The notes under the pieces were generated by a model. That model was not told the DNA's origin and made no database searches. It saw only the letters and a list, made by a program, of their open reading frames with translations. DNA of 64,000 nt, from NCBI GenBank assembly GCA_003707115.1, contig PPNB01000002.1:124001-188000 (forward strand). The letters run 5' to 3'. The DNA is from Tortispora ganteri (lineage: Eukaryota). The translations under genes and the position numbers were made by a program. How positions within the stretch are numbered: position 1 is the stretch's first letter; every line of letters starts with the position of its first letter. Positions 1 to 10,939 of the stretch are shown here, piece after piece.

Positions 1-791
1 CCACATGGGAGTGGTTTGATGTGACCCCTAGTAAGCGAAGAGAGTTCTTGCCTGAAAACAAACAAGTTCTGATAACGCGGCTCGTTCCTTCATATATGCG
101 GGCGAATAATGACGAAGGGAATAAGCTTGCAGAGGTACTTTTAGGTGAAGATAGCTTAGAGGCTGAAAACGATGGTGGCTGGACAGAAATAGAATCAGCG
201 ATAAAGTCCAAAGCGGCGGCGGTCGATGAAAAGAGGAATGACGCTATAGCAGATATAGAAGCAGTTGATGCAGACGAAGTAGATGACTTTGATGCAGCTG
301 GACCGGCTGAGTCTAACAATGACCATGATCTGTCTCAAAAACGCACATACAACTTGTACATCACGTACTCGTTATCCTACAGAGTCCCTAAGATGTACCT
401 TTCGGGGTTCAACGCGGATGGTATGCCGCTTTCTGCAGACGAAATGGCTGAAGACGTTATCGGCGAATATAAGGACAAGACCGTGACAATTGAGAAGGCG
501 CCGTTTATGGAAGATCAAACTATGATCTCTATTCATCCGTGCAAGCACGCAAATGTCATGAGAGTGTTACTCGGCAAGGCAGAAGACAAATTTATAGAGT
601 CTCAGAAACCGGAAGATTTGGCAGAAGGAATAAAAAACTTGTCTGTTGGCGAGGATAACGAATGGGAACAGATTGATGACTCTCATGCTGAAAGCGCTGT
701 TCCCGTAACGCACTATATGATTTATTTTTTGAAATTTATTTCAAGTGTTACCCCGGGTATTGAGCATGACTACACTATGGGTGCTTTATAG
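1..791 (+). CDS. ATG3: Autophagy E2-like conjugating enzyme Atg3 (5'-partial; ORF open to window start)
   Basis: Frame is open from nt 3 (TWEWFDVTPSKRREFLP). Motifs RTYNLYITYS..YRVPKMYLSG, catalytic SIHPCKHA, and C-terminal FLKFISSVTPGIEHDYT. Confidence 0.95.
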   Translation, partial: TWEWFDVTPSKRREFLPENKQVLITRLVPSYMRANNDEGNKLAEVLLGEDSLEAENDGGWTEIESAIKSKAAAVDEKRNDAIADIEAVDADEVDDFDAAGPAESNNDHDLSQKRTYNLYITYSLSYRVPKMYLSGFNADGMPLSADEMAEDVIGEYKDKTVTIEKAPFMEDQTMISIHPCKHANVMRVLLGKAEDKFIESQKPEDLAEGIKNLSVGEDNEWEQIDDSHAESAVPVTHYMIYFLKFISSVTPGIEHDYTMGAL

Positions 792-828
792 GTAATTAGA
801 ATATTTATGCTAGTAAAATGATATTCCG

Positions 829-1686
829 TTAAACCATATTATCAACAGCCGATATGACTTCTGGTGGGGGTTCTTGTAAGATGATTTGCTCCATTCTGCG
901 GGCACGGTAGTATTGGTAAAGCGCTCTAAATAATATGAATGAGCCAAGAGCTATTAGACCCCAAGATAACGCTATATTGTGCAGGACGGGTTGCTCAGTA
1001 GCAGTGACTTGCGAAGCTATTGCATGAGCGGTAGATTCGGATATGTCGAAATTATTAGGATCTGAAGGATTCGAGACTGAAGGATCGGAATGAGGATCAG
1101 TTGGTTGCGGCATTTTCCGTATAGAAATACCGTATTGAAGGATACAAAGTCCGAAACCAGCCCATGAGCCATTTTTTGATGAATGTGACGTATGAAGGGC
1201 GTAAGTAAACAAAAAGCCTACAAATTCGAACGAGTACGAGACTGCGAAGTTCCAAATAAACGATAGGACTGTTCCCACAGGCATTCCATCGACTAATATT
1301 TCATTGTAAATACCGGAAGAGAGCACGGTTGTTTCCCAATAAGGAGGGGCGGCGTCTGCAGCAGCTTGTTCGTAAGGTGGAAGTTCGTCATCGCGCTGCG
1401 TGCTGCCGGATCCTTCAGGCTTGGCCGGAATGTTAGCAAATACGCCATCATTCGAATTAAGAACAGGGGGAACTACATGGCAAATTCGCTCGTCAAGTGA
1501 GTTTGAAGACGCGAGCGTATCTGAGTCAGAAGGGTCGTCAAAAGCGGCAGATAGAGGATCTAAAGACTCTATGAGGTCAGTATGGTCATCATCGTCAGAA
1601 TCTAGGGTATATGCAGATGGATTTAGTAATTCCTGTGAGTTTCTTCGAGATTCAGGCTCAGAAATTGGCAGATAATGCTGCGGCAT
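829..1686 (-). CDS. BSD2: Bsd2/NDFIP-family Rsp5 adaptor (metal homeostasis membrane protein)
   Basis: NDGVFANIPAKP, PY motifs (LPPYE, APPYWETT), DGMPVG, and three hydrophobic segments with HSSKNGS. Confidence 0.9.
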   Translation of the reverse strand: MPQHYLPISEPESRRNSQELLNPSAYTLDSDDDDHTDLIESLDPLSAAFDDPSDSDTLASSNSLDERICHVVPPVLNSNDGVFANIPAKPEGSGSTQRDDELPPYEQAAADAAPPYWETTVLSSGIYNEILVDGMPVGTVLSFIWNFAVSYSFEFVGFLFTYALHTSHSSKNGSWAGFGLCILQYGISIRKMPQPTDPHSDPSVSNPSDPNNFDISESTAHAIASQVTATEQPVLHNIALSWGLIALGSFILFRALYQYYRARRMEQIILQEPPPEVISAVDNMV

Positions 1687-1820
1687 TGTTGATGTGCTAG
1701 GGTGGCCACAGTGTCGAGTATATGGTTGTGGAAAGAGGGCTAAGGGGTTATATAGTTTATACTCGTATTTGGGAAGTTTAGGCGGATACTAAGCCGGCAG
1801 AAAGAAGCACCGCGAAAACA

Positions 1821-2543
1821 ATGAACGTCGGTGATATCGTCGAAAGAAATGATTTCGAAGAGAGCAGCGATGAAGAGATCACAGTTGTAGAGGCTCCGCG
1901 GAGCGCATGGAAGAGCAAAAGTAAGGTAGGTCAAGATATATACGAGGCAATTGTGAAGACCCAACCTGAACCAGAGGAGAATGAAGGAGGGATTCACTTC
2001 CCGCAGCCAGTCGATGTCGAAATTGATTTAAACCGGTCGGATTGGAAAGAACAATTGCATGAAAAATATTTCCCGAATTTACCTATGGAAAGCGATAAAC
2101 TAAAATGGATGGAGCCTGTAACGGAAGAAGAAGATGCGCAGTACTCACCGATGCTACGATTCGTTGCACCCAGCGAGCTACGATTTGATTTTCAGGGAAG
2201 ACTCATAACGCCCAAAGCGTCAGTAATGATCGATTCATCAGAAGGTCTGCATCACCATTCAGATGCGCCTGGAGCAGCAGGCTACACTTTAGCGGAACTT
2301 TCACATTTGAGTAGATCCACAGTGCCGTCGCAAAGGTGCATAGCGATATCTTCTATAGGCAAAGTTCTTTACAGGGCTAAGCATAACCGGTTTGGCAACG
2401 AAATCAGTAAAAGCATTAGGGATCTTGTTGAGCCTACGGGTGTTATTGGAAATTTATTAGACGCCTCAGACGAAAAAAAGACGAAGCACTTGGCCACAAG
2501 GACTATGGCTGTGGAAGCGCTTTGGCTGTGGAATTCGACATAA
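1821..2543 (+). CDS. RBA50: RNA polymerase II assembly factor Rba50/RPAP1-like
   Basis: LHEKYFP..KLKWM, LRFDFQG, GLHHH..GYTLAELSHLSRSTVPSQRCIA (RPAP1 C-terminal domain). Confidence 0.88.
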   Translation: MNVGDIVERNDFEESSDEEITVVEAPRSAWKSKSKVGQDIYEAIVKTQPEPEENEGGIHFPQPVDVEIDLNRSDWKEQLHEKYFPNLPMESDKLKWMEPVTEEEDAQYSPMLRFVAPSELRFDFQGRLITPKASVMIDSSEGLHHHSDAPGAAGYTLAELSHLSRSTVPSQRCIAISSIGKVLYRAKHNRFGNEISKSIRDLVEPTGVIGNLLDASDEKKTKHLATRTMAVEALWLWNST

Positions 2544-2565
2544 TACTTTTTACTAGCTTAATCGA

Positions 2566-2877
2566 TCACGAACCCCAGCGAAAGAAAGTCCTTAAAGAGC
2601 GTTTAACCAACTCAGTATTGCTAAGCATTCCTTGCTTTACATTCTCGTAATATTTCGGATCCATTTTTGGTTTCATTATAACATCTGACAGTGGGAAATC
2701 TTTGGAGTATTGATCTTCCATCAGCTTGATCGCGTAGGGAATTTGTTTTTTTGCAATTTGGTCATTTGGGTAGCGCTTTATATGTTCTCCAACGATAGTA
2801 TTGAAATCCACAATTCTTTTCACTGGCGGCTTAGGCCACTTTTCAATAATCTGAACGAGTCGGTTTATAGCACTCAT
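2566..2877 (-). CDS. CBP6: Cytochrome b translation/complex III assembly factor Cbp6/UQCC2-like
   Basis: 103 aa basic protein with IEKWP and L.EDQYSKDFPLS..IMKPKMDPKYYE pattern. Confidence 0.75.
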   Translation of the reverse strand: MSAINRLVQIIEKWPKPPVKRIVDFNTIVGEHIKRYPNDQIAKKQIPYAIKLMEDQYSKDFPLSDVIMKPKMDPKYYENVKQGMLSNTELVKRSLRTFFRWGS

Positions 2878-3047
2878 TGGACGGTACTCTGCAATTGCCG
2901 TTTTTTCCTTACTTTATAATTCGTGGTTCTTGATAGAAAATTACTCTAATTCGCAGGACGGCCCCACGCATTTAAAGTTTTCCACAAACACCAACGTGAC
3001 CTTGATTGTCCTCTTTACATCCTCGTCAGCTGTTTCTTTTCTCATAT

Positions 3048-4166
3048 ATGGAGATACCAGAAACACCGAAACCGGCAAAGTCGCCTGTACAAACTCCTAA
3101 TGCAAGCCCAATTGCTGCTAACGTTATAGAGCCGTTGAAGAATCCAGCCAAGGTGCTCGCCTCTTCCGAACCAAAACCTAAATCGAAATCTCCAAAGAAA
3201 TTGCTACCGAAAACACGCGATATAGATATATTAGATAACGATCATACTTCGAAAATACCAGATATTGTGATTGAAGTAACGCTAAACCAATCAGACGGAA
3301 CAATCATTGACTTCTCGCAACTATGCGATAACAAATACGGGTGGGAAGCTCTGCATCCAGGTCAAACTGCTCCAGGAGACATAATTGACGACGATGAAGA
3401 TGAAGAGTCTGACAACGAAGATAAACCGCAACATCAGGCCGGACCGGGTGCAAATTCAAATGGATCAAATCGTCGTAGAGTTGATAAACGCTACGATTTA
3501 GCTGATCCTTTCATAGATGACTCAGAAGTGCAATGGGAAGAGCGGGCGGTGTCTACACAAGATGGATTCTTTGTATATGCAGGACCGCTAGTCACCGATC
3601 AAGTAGATGAGCAAACAGCCTCTAGTAAGAAAAGAAAAAAAGTGTCTGAAACTCCTACCTCTTTGTCAGGGGCCACGAAGAAGTCTAAAGTAGGATCAGA
3701 AGGTAAAGCTACTACAAAGAGAAAATACACACGAAAGAAACCAGTTGATGAAGAGGATAAAAAAGCAGAAGAGAATGGCTCTAGCTCAAATATCAAAACT
3801 GAAAACGAAGACGACACTCAAGTGGTTACCTCAAAAAAGAAAAACGCAAACGACTCTGAATCAAATAATGAGGTCAAATCATCCTCAGATCCACCTCAAA
3901 AGAAAACCAAACCTAAGCAACCCTCAAAAAAGAAGACTGAATCTAGCAAGTCTGAACTGGTTAAACAACCTGCTGCATCTGAACCTACTGTGTCTGAGGC
4001 TGTGGAAACGACAACTAAAGAGACGGTTGAAGAAACCCGCGTAGATGCTGAAAAAGTAACTTCTAAACCGCCTCCAGAGCAAGAAACAGATGCGGCTACC
4101 AAAACTCCTACCCCTAAGACCACCCCTCCAAGCGCACTGTCTATATCTGCGCTCATTTCAGATTAA
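3048..4166 (+). CDS. HPC2: HIR complex subunit Hpc2/ubinuclein-like (HUN domain)
   Basis: YDLADPFIDDSE...GFFVYAGPL HUN motif and lysine-rich low-complexity tail. First ATG is at 3048 (the track start is TTG). Confidence 0.85.
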   Translation: MEIPETPKPAKSPVQTPNASPIAANVIEPLKNPAKVLASSEPKPKSKSPKKLLPKTRDIDILDNDHTSKIPDIVIEVTLNQSDGTIIDFSQLCDNKYGWEALHPGQTAPGDIIDDDEDEESDNEDKPQHQAGPGANSNGSNRRRVDKRYDLADPFIDDSEVQWEERAVSTQDGFFVYAGPLVTDQVDEQTASSKKRKKVSETPTSLSGATKKSKVGSEGKATTKRKYTRKKPVDEEDKKAEENGSSSNIKTENEDDTQVVTSKKKNANDSESNNEVKSSSDPPQKKTKPKQPSKKKTESSKSELVKQPAASEPTVSEAVETTTKETVEETRVDAEKVTSKPPPEQETDAATKTPTPKTTPPSALSISALISD

Positions 4167-4881
4167 GTGATATCACGTTCTCTATTGAACTAATTGGGGT
4201 GAACAAAATGTCGCCTTGAGGTTCTTTTGTCCAGCTCTCATCGACCTTGAAATTATGCGAGTCGGTAGGACATGAAAAGTCCAAGATCTCTCTTAAACTC
4301 TGATCTCGATCTTTCGATGTGAATATTATATTTGTTGATGATTCAATAACAGCTGTTGACTTGATGTCTACGCACAACCTGATGTTGTTGCAATTCACAG
4401 CCCTAAACTGCTGAGTGCTTCCTATTATAATACCGTCATGAACATTCTCCAGATATAAAGCGCCTGATGTATTTAACTCAATTATAATAAAATTTGAATC
4501 TTTTATGCTAGCGCCGATAGCTTGACCTGTCAGTTTGCGAATTGCATGAGTTGCGCTGGATATGCTAACTGATCTACCGTCCACTGCGATCTTCTTATTA
4601 GTATATGATTCAGAATCAGTAACAATGGTATCACTCTGCTCAGGTTCAAAAAGTTTAGATGGTTTATTTGATGGACCAGTAGAAGAAACTGACAATTTTA
4701 ATTTACCACGCTTCGGTTTAGCCTTGTTTCTGAGCGCGTTCAATTTCGTTGAATAGCGTTCAAGATCGTAAGAGGTCAGAACGGTTTGTGCCACCAATTC
4801 TTCGATGTGCTGTATATCATCATAGGTAGGGATCTCAATATTGCATATACGATCAAATTCTGAATTAATTAGATCAGACAT
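4153..4881 (-). CDS. Tubulin-binding cofactor C (TBCC/Cin2-like)
   Basis: N-terminal helical LTSYDLERY segment, then C-CAP beta-helix with QQFRAVNC...AVIESSTNIIF and VDF-like LDFS motif. Confidence 0.8.
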   Translation of the reverse strand: MSDLINSEFDRICNIEIPTYDDIQHIEELVAQTVLTSYDLERYSTKLNALRNKAKPKRGKLKLSVSSTGPSNKPSKLFEPEQSDTIVTDSESYTNKKIAVDGRSVSISSATHAIRKLTGQAIGASIKDSNFIIIELNTSGALYLENVHDGIIIGSTQQFRAVNCNNIRLCVDIKSTAVIESSTNIIFTSKDRDQSLREILDFSCPTDSHNFKVDESWTKEPQGDILFTPISSIENVISLNLK

Positions 4882-5290
4882 TAGGCGTGACTACCACCGA
4901 ATTTTGGCCAGTTAATGTCGTGTAGAGAACGGAGGTTGAGGTTGAGGGTGGGTCCCACACATAAGTGCAAATACCAAATGCACATTGGCTTAGGTACTGT
5001 GTAACAGAGGCGCAGGGCACATAATATATAGACGAATGACAATCGCAACAATATTGCATGTCGCTGCTAAGAATTGTAACGTCTGCATTACAATGCGAAT
5101 CATACGTAGTGTACACGGCTGTTTTGGTCACCTGACAGAAAGTGTAGTCGTATAGTGTGGTAGTTGTAAGTGGTGGAATAGAAGGTTGCGTTACCGTTAA
5201 TGTTAATGTTAGAGTATTGTTAAAAGCTATAGTTGGCAGTTCTATGCCAGCAATTGAAATAATTTGTCGTAATAATGGACCTATTTTCAT
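4874..5290 (-). CDS. Hypothetical small Cys/Thr-rich, possibly secreted protein
   Basis: ORF extends to ATG 5440; internal ATG 5290 gives a moderately hydrophobic N-terminus (MKIGPLLRQIISIAGI). Eight Cys and many Thr. No recognised family. Confidence 0.45.
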   Translation of the reverse strand: MKIGPLLRQIISIAGIELPTIAFNNTLTLTLTVTQPSIPPLTTTTLYDYTFCQVTKTAVYTTYDSHCNADVTILSSDMQYCCDCHSSIYYVPCASVTQYLSQCAFGICTYVWDPPSTSTSVLYTTLTGQNSVVVTPNV

Positions 5291-5472
5291 TGGTTTTGAA
5301 AGTTGAGAAAAGCAGCTGCCGATCAAGGTCGGATCGGAAAAAGGTTTGGGAATATAAAAGGAAGCTCTAGAAAAAATGAGGTTATACAAAGGAGATCCGT
5401 GCAATGGAACCAGTTCTTTTTGAGGTTCTTCGTTGCACATATTTGGAAATATTCCGCAAGGAAGGTCAGTTC

Positions 5473-6042
5473 CTATTCAACTTTAGCAGAAATACCTCTC
5501 CCTTCACCTAGCTCGCTAATAGTTTGTGATAGAGGTCGACGGTGAACGATTTCCCAGAATCCTTGTTTCTCATACTTAGTATCTAGTACAGAATCAGGTG
5601 CATACATCGGCGCACGTTCTCCCATTGACAATTTTCCTCCGGTCCATTGAAGCAATCCTATTGTGGTGGCAAAAAGCAGCGGGTAGCCAAATAGCGCTCC
5701 AATAGTGCGGCGTTTGAAAGCTACAACACAGCCGGCAGCTGCACCGCCAATAGTCTCATTCCAGCCGTCTTCTTTCTCTCGCAAGTTAGCAGAACACGAA
5801 GAGATGAATTGAAATGAAGTGCCAAGTGCAGCAAAGTATCCAATCGACCCTCCATATGTAGTAAAAACGCCTAGCGGACCGTTTCTGGTTTTAGACATAC
5901 TATTCTCGATAGAAGCGACCATAAGGCCTACAAACGTAGACAAACCGAACATTTTTGACGTGTCGCTTTTAGTGTTTCGCGGGTGAAACTCCCGGGTTGG
6001 AGTCAACGTAAGATCAGGCACATGTATTTTTACCTCGCTCAT
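5473..6042 (-). CDS. Complex I accessory subunit NDUFA11/B14.7 (21.3 kDa, Tim17 family)
   Basis: GPLGVFT..G, SANLREKEDGWN..IGG...G, and C-terminal RRPLSQTISELGEGRGI. ATG at 6042. Confidence 0.88.
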   Translation of the reverse strand: MSEVKIHVPDLTLTPTREFHPRNTKSDTSKMFGLSTFVGLMVASIENSMSKTRNGPLGVFTTYGGSIGYFAALGTSFQFISSCSANLREKEDGWNETIGGAAAGCVVAFKRRTIGALFGYPLLFATTIGLLQWTGGKLSMGERAPMYAPDSVLDTKYEKQGFWEIVHRRPLSQTISELGEGRGISAKVE

Positions 6043-6313
6043 TTTCAAATCAATGTCCAATAACCGTCTATTGCAGAATCAACAGTGCCGTCTTGAACAG
6101 ATAAGTTCAGGTGCTATTGCATGTAACACATTTTCCGTCTATTACAATTGGTTGCTCACTTGTTGTCATGCCAATATGAGATATCCAATTAGCAGACCCA
6201 ATGCCACACCTTCTCCACAGACCTCGAACGTGTTGCGCATTGATCGTGCAGCTAACACGACGATCTGCTGTACTTTATAATATAATTCATAAGTATCAAA
6301 AACGGGATCATAA

Positions 6314-9300
6314 ATGCCCGGTTTTTCACTACCTGCATTGGCTACCTTAGTTGCTGAATATGGCATATCGTTCCCCGAAATACCCGATTACCAAGACCAA
6401 ACGGCTGTACAACAGTTTGCTACCAATTACTGGAAGAAACGCTTCCTTGTCACTTACAAGCGTTATTCTTCTCCCAATTTTTACACATTAAAATCGGTCT
6501 GCATTTCTACTCGTGAGAGTTTATATATTTATGTCTCATGGGACTCGTCGATTCATATACCTCCGGATGATGACCAATCCTCGTCACAGATTCCGCCTTC
6601 TTTGACAGATTGGTTCACTAATCCAGCTCTTTTCAACAAAACGGATAGCCCACCTATATTGGTACATTATGTTTCAGTGAATTTAGATATTGTTCAAGAT
6701 TTAGAAGCTAATTCATCATTGGAGTCGGCCACGTACACCGCCCCTGGCGTTACAATATCTTTCTTTCTCTATCCACCTAGACTCTCAGACTCGATGCTAG
6801 AGCAGTTTTCCGTTGAGTCAATTCAAAGTCGCAGAAATTCTATACTTCAAAATTTGTCAGAGAATAATGATCCTTCCAAAATACCATCCTTCTCGCCATC
6901 TCGATGTCTAAACAATTTCGGCAAATTGGTATGGGACACCCTGTCTGGCACTTCACGCCCAATTAATTTCGCGAACCACAATGTCGCTTTGTCATTCACC
7001 CCAAGTCTAGCCTCACTCATAGGCTTTTCCCCAGATAGTTCTGGTTCATCGTCTCGATGGGTTCCCCCGCGCGCTGACTCATATTCCGCTCAATTACTAC
7101 GAGAAATTGGAACCGAGGTTGCAATTATCGGCGCCAACTCTTTGAATGAAGATGAGTCTATAGAGTCTTATTCGTCTTTAATGATCCCTAATGATGATGC
7201 TTATGATGTACTGTTTAACGACATGCGCATTAGATCATACCCTAATCATTCTCAAAGTAGATTGTGCCCGATTACGCAGAAAGTGCTATATTATTCCCTA
7301 GGCTGCGTATCTGATTTCTCTGATTCCCTGATATCTACTTATTTTGATTTACAGTGTTTAGCCGACACGAAACGAAGTCCCTACTATTTTCAATGTTTGG
7401 CTGAAATAGCTCAATACAGAACCTCGGATGTTTTGCAAATGCTCATCGTCCAACTTCGCTCTCAAGGTTTTACGACTCTCCAGGAAATGCAAGGAGCTTA
7501 CAGCCGCTTAAACATTACAGAGGACGAAATTCCTATGATTGATGATGACTTTATAATACAGCGATATAAATCTTTGCTCTCTTCTGGAAATGAAAGTGAC
7601 CTAATGAGCTGTCTGAAGGTGCTTGCGACCCTGAGAGAATCTGAAAAGTTACAGAATTTTATTGACCTCAGCACCATGTCTGTGGATATGGCGTACAAAG
7701 TTATTGATGTCTCGCCGGATACTATTGACGACGAAATATTGGGTAAAGTGCTCGCTCTGAAAGAAACTGAACAGGCCGAAACGTTTGCAATAGAACAAAT
7801 TGAACAGGCATTGAAGGTTATAGCAATAGAAAGAAAGTCTTCACTCTTACTTGACTATTATGAAACCTCCATATTGAATATTGAGGACAACGACCCAACT
7901 AGCGACCCTTATGATCTTCTAGGTGCCTCTAAAGAAATGAATGAGGATAACATTATTATGATATTTCAGATTCGCCTTGAAGACTCTCCTGAGGAGCTCT
8001 TATCGCTGCGCAGAATGCTGCGATTGATTGCTATTAGATCTCAATCACGTCTTATCCCACCATACTTGAAGCTGGGATCTCTTGATGCTGCAAACACATA
8101 CCTAATAGCTAATTGCACTGAAAAGGTTCCTGCAGGAATACGAAATATTGGAAACACATGCTATCTGAACTCTTTACTTCAATTTTATTATTCAGTGATC
8201 CCGTTCAGAAAGTTAGTTCTAGAGTTTGATTCTAATCCCGACCTTCACGAAGATTTGAACACTCGCAAAAGAGTAGGTGGGCGAATCGTGACTTCAAATG
8301 AAATACTACGAAGTCAGCATTTTATCACTAATTTGGCTGAACTATATAAAGTTATGTCTGGATCTAATGGTGGATCTGTTGAGCCGAAAAAAGAACTTGT
8401 TTATCTGACGCTTGTGGACCCTCGAAATGATGTTCAATTAATTGATGAGAATCTGGAGGCAGAGTCTGAGTCCACGTCTGATATTAATATGGGTTCTGAT
8501 ACTGATTTTGTGGAAGATGTTAAAGAAGTGGTTCCTAGAAAAAGAAGTGCTCGGAGACCGTCTATCAAATTTGATTTCCAAGCTAGCATTGACGCTGGTC
8601 AGCAGCAAGATGTTGCCGAGTGTATCCAAAACGTTCTTTTTCAAATTGAGGCTGCAATAAAAGCAGATAGCTTTGATGATGATGGTGAGCAAGTTGACGT
8701 GATTAAAAAGCTGTTTTTTGGGAAAACGAAGCAAATAATTGACTTTGAATCCAATTCTGAAGTCAGATATAAGACTGAGAGATTTTCCAATTTGATTGTC
8801 GATGCCGCTACTGGACCTCGTTCCCTATATGATGCTTTAGATGCTTACTTTGATGCAGACATTGTATCTTTGGATGGTGGACTAGCTCGGCGGTACCTAA
8901 CAATTCAGACTTTGCCAGAATTTGTACAAATTCAGGTACAACGAGTACAATATGATCGTGTTCGAGGGATGCCTTTTAAGACCACTTACCACCTTGGTCT
9001 ATATCCTGAGATTTACCTGGATCGCTATTTAGATGTGGACGTTAAATCGACACTGCATTTTAGAGAGAACTTGTGGGCTAAGAAAAGAGCACTTTCTGAG
9101 TTAAGAAAACGGAGAGAAATTCTCGGCCTTGAAATATCGTCATCTCAACAACCGAAAGTTGAGCCATTTCATGAAACTAATCCTTTTGCAAACTACGGAC
9201 CCTCAATATCCATTGAAAAATCTCCTGAATCTCTCAAATCTGCGGATATCCTGGCCAAGACTGCGGACTGGTTACAGTATGGCGCAACATTTGCCCATGA

Positions 9301-9676
9301 AGATGCAGTTCCGCTGGCTATGAAACTCAGAACTGCTCAGAAAACACTGGAAGATGAATACATAAAATGTCAGGAATCTATAGAAAAGCTGGAGAAGGAG
9401 CTAGATGAAGTACTTAATGATAAAGAATTTCAGAAACATCCTTACAGGTTGCATTCAGTATTCATTCACAGAGGACAGGCAACCTTTGGTCATTATTGGA
9501 TATATATCTACGATTTTGAGAATGACATTTTCCGATCATATAATGATGAAACTGTCACTAATGTGGCTGATATACAATCCGCAATCTACGATGACGTTCC
9601 TGGCAATACAGCTACGCCATACTTTGTGGTTTATGTTCGCGCAGACGCAGCAATAGAATTGTGCGGTGTCTTCTGA
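6314..9676 (+). CDS. UBP2: Ubiquitin C-terminal hydrolase Ubp2 (USP family)
   Basis: Cys box GIRNIGNTCYLNSLLQ, QQQDVAECI, His box HRGQATFGHYWIYI..YNDE, and Ubp2-type internal repeats. Confidence 0.92.
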   Translation: MPGFSLPALATLVAEYGISFPEIPDYQDQTAVQQFATNYWKKRFLVTYKRYSSPNFYTLKSVCISTRESLYIYVSWDSSIHIPPDDDQSSSQIPPSLTDWFTNPALFNKTDSPPILVHYVSVNLDIVQDLEANSSLESATYTAPGVTISFFLYPPRLSDSMLEQFSVESIQSRRNSILQNLSENNDPSKIPSFSPSRCLNNFGKLVWDTLSGTSRPINFANHNVALSFTPSLASLIGFSPDSSGSSSRWVPPRADSYSAQLLREIGTEVAIIGANSLNEDESIESYSSLMIPNDDAYDVLFNDMRIRSYPNHSQSRLCPITQKVLYYSLGCVSDFSDSLISTYFDLQCLADTKRSPYYFQCLAEIAQYRTSDVLQMLIVQLRSQGFTTLQEMQGAYSRLNITEDEIPMIDDDFIIQRYKSLLSSGNESDLMSCLKVLATLRESEKLQNFIDLSTMSVDMAYKVIDVSPDTIDDEILGKVLALKETEQAETFAIEQIEQALKVIAIERKSSLLLDYYETSILNIEDNDPTSDPYDLLGASKEMNEDNIIMIFQIRLEDSPEELLSLRRMLRLIAIRSQSRLIPPYLKLGSLDAANTYLIANCTEKVPAGIRNIGNTCYLNSLLQFYYSVIPFRKLVLEFDSNPDLHEDLNTRKRVGGRIVTSNEILRSQHFITNLAELYKVMSGSNGGSVEPKKELVYLTLVDPRNDVQLIDENLEAESESTSDINMGSDTDFVEDVKEVVPRKRSARRPSIKFDFQASIDAGQQQDVAECIQNVLFQIEAAIKADSFDDDGEQVDVIKKLFFGKTKQIIDFESNSEVRYKTERFSNLIVDAATGPRSLYDALDAYFDADIVSLDGGLARRYLTIQTLPEFVQIQVQRVQYDRVRGMPFKTTYHLGLYPEIYLDRYLDVDVKSTLHFRENLWAKKRALSELRKRREILGLEISSSQQPKVEPFHETNPFANYGPSISIEKSPESLKSADILAKTADWLQYGATFAHEDAVPLAMKLRTAQKTLEDEYIKCQESIEKLEKELDEVLNDKEFQKHPYRLHSVFIHRGQATFGHYWIYIYDFENDIFRSYNDETVTNVADIQSAIYDDVPGNTATPYFVVYVRADAAIELCGVF

Positions 9677-9898
9677 GACATTTAACGAATACCATAATCG
9701 TTCAACATGTGATTTATTTCCCTTGCAGGTAATTAAGGAAGGAATATATAAAGAAAGGAGAAGGTAATGTAAGCGGAATGAAGACTATTAACTGGAAATG
9801 AACACTTCAGGTACCTATCTCACTGCAAAAAAAAAAGCCCTCGCAATCGATGTAAACCTACAATATTCATTTATGTAACAGCATAACAAGCTTATATC

Positions 9899-10939
9899 TC
9901 AGAGTATTGAATCAAGTCTTGTAAAAACTGATAGAACCGCAGCGATAAGCTCGAGTTGCAATTCGTTGTTCGGGTTCTCTTCGAGTTCTTTCAGTATTTC
10001 TTCCGCAAAAGGGACTGAACCTGAACCTGGACCCGAAGATCCTGCCGAAGAGGCGATTGTTGGATCAGATGACGATCCAGTTTGAATGTTAAAAGGCCAC
10101 TGAGAGAAATCTGCAAGTAAGTCATCAACGCGAACAAAGGCATGGTCGCGGTTATCAATAGATAACGATAACAATGCATTTTCCAGAACGTTTGCAGCGT
10201 AACATACGCATAGAAGACATACGGTGCGCAGATAACGGAAAGGAATGTCATTCGGTAATAGGGAGGAGTTCGAGGAGTTGAGAACAAAGTGTCTGGACGT
10301 AAGCGCGTCGACTATACGTCGGACGATCTCATCTTTCACTTTAGTATCAGAGACGGGATGAGTAGCCATGTCGAAAAGGAGAAAATTTCGTTTTTCCGTA
10401 CGAAGAATACCCTTGTCTACTAGACCTTTGAGCAGACGCTCTCGTACCTGCTTGAGTTGATAGGAAATTTTCATAAGATTCCAAGTTTCGCCTGAGAGGA
10501 GGTCAATCCATGAACCAACCGACTGAGGTTCAGAGGATTTTATAAGTTTCAACGCTTCATCGAGCAGAGTTTCACCCGTTTCTTTAGCATTGATTACCTC
10601 TATGTCACGATCAGGCAAGGCCAACCTCCTTCGAGCAGGGTCTTGAGTCATTGCGATACGACCACGAAACGCCAACTCAATGAGGATGCAGCCTCTGAGC
10701 GTATAAGAGATATTATCATTCCAAAAGCTGAGATACCCCTGAGTATCTTTCAGCCCTATAAGAAGGACTTCTTCCATGATTGTTAGTCGAGGATCTTTAG
10801 ATTTTTCTGGCGAGTCTTCGATGTCACGAGGGTCATAGGCAACGCGGTGGCCGGAATCCTCATCAAGACGAGGAGTTACAGACTGTCTTGGAGTACTGTC
10901 GCTTGCATTGTGCACTCTGCGACGTTGAAGACCAGACAT
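9899..10939 (-). CDS. VPS74: Golgi phosphoprotein Vps74/GOLPH3
   Basis: LQRRR N-terminus, LTIMEEVLLIGLKD..GYLSFWND, NFLLFDMATHP. Confidence 0.97.
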   Translation of the reverse strand: MSGLQRRRVHNASDSTPRQSVTPRLDEDSGHRVAYDPRDIEDSPEKSKDPRLTIMEEVLLIGLKDTQGYLSFWNDNISYTLRGCILIELAFRGRIAMTQDPARRRLALPDRDIEVINAKETGETLLDEALKLIKSSEPQSVGSWIDLLSGETWNLMKISYQLKQVRERLLKGLVDKGILRTEKRNFLLFDMATHPVSDTKVKDEIVRRIVDALTSRHFVLNSSNSSLLPNDIPFRYLRTVCLLCVCYAANVLENALLSLSIDNRDHAFVRVDDLLADFSQWPFNIQTGSSSDPTIASSAGSSGPGSGSVPFAEEILKELEENPNNELQLELIAAVLSVFTRLDSIL

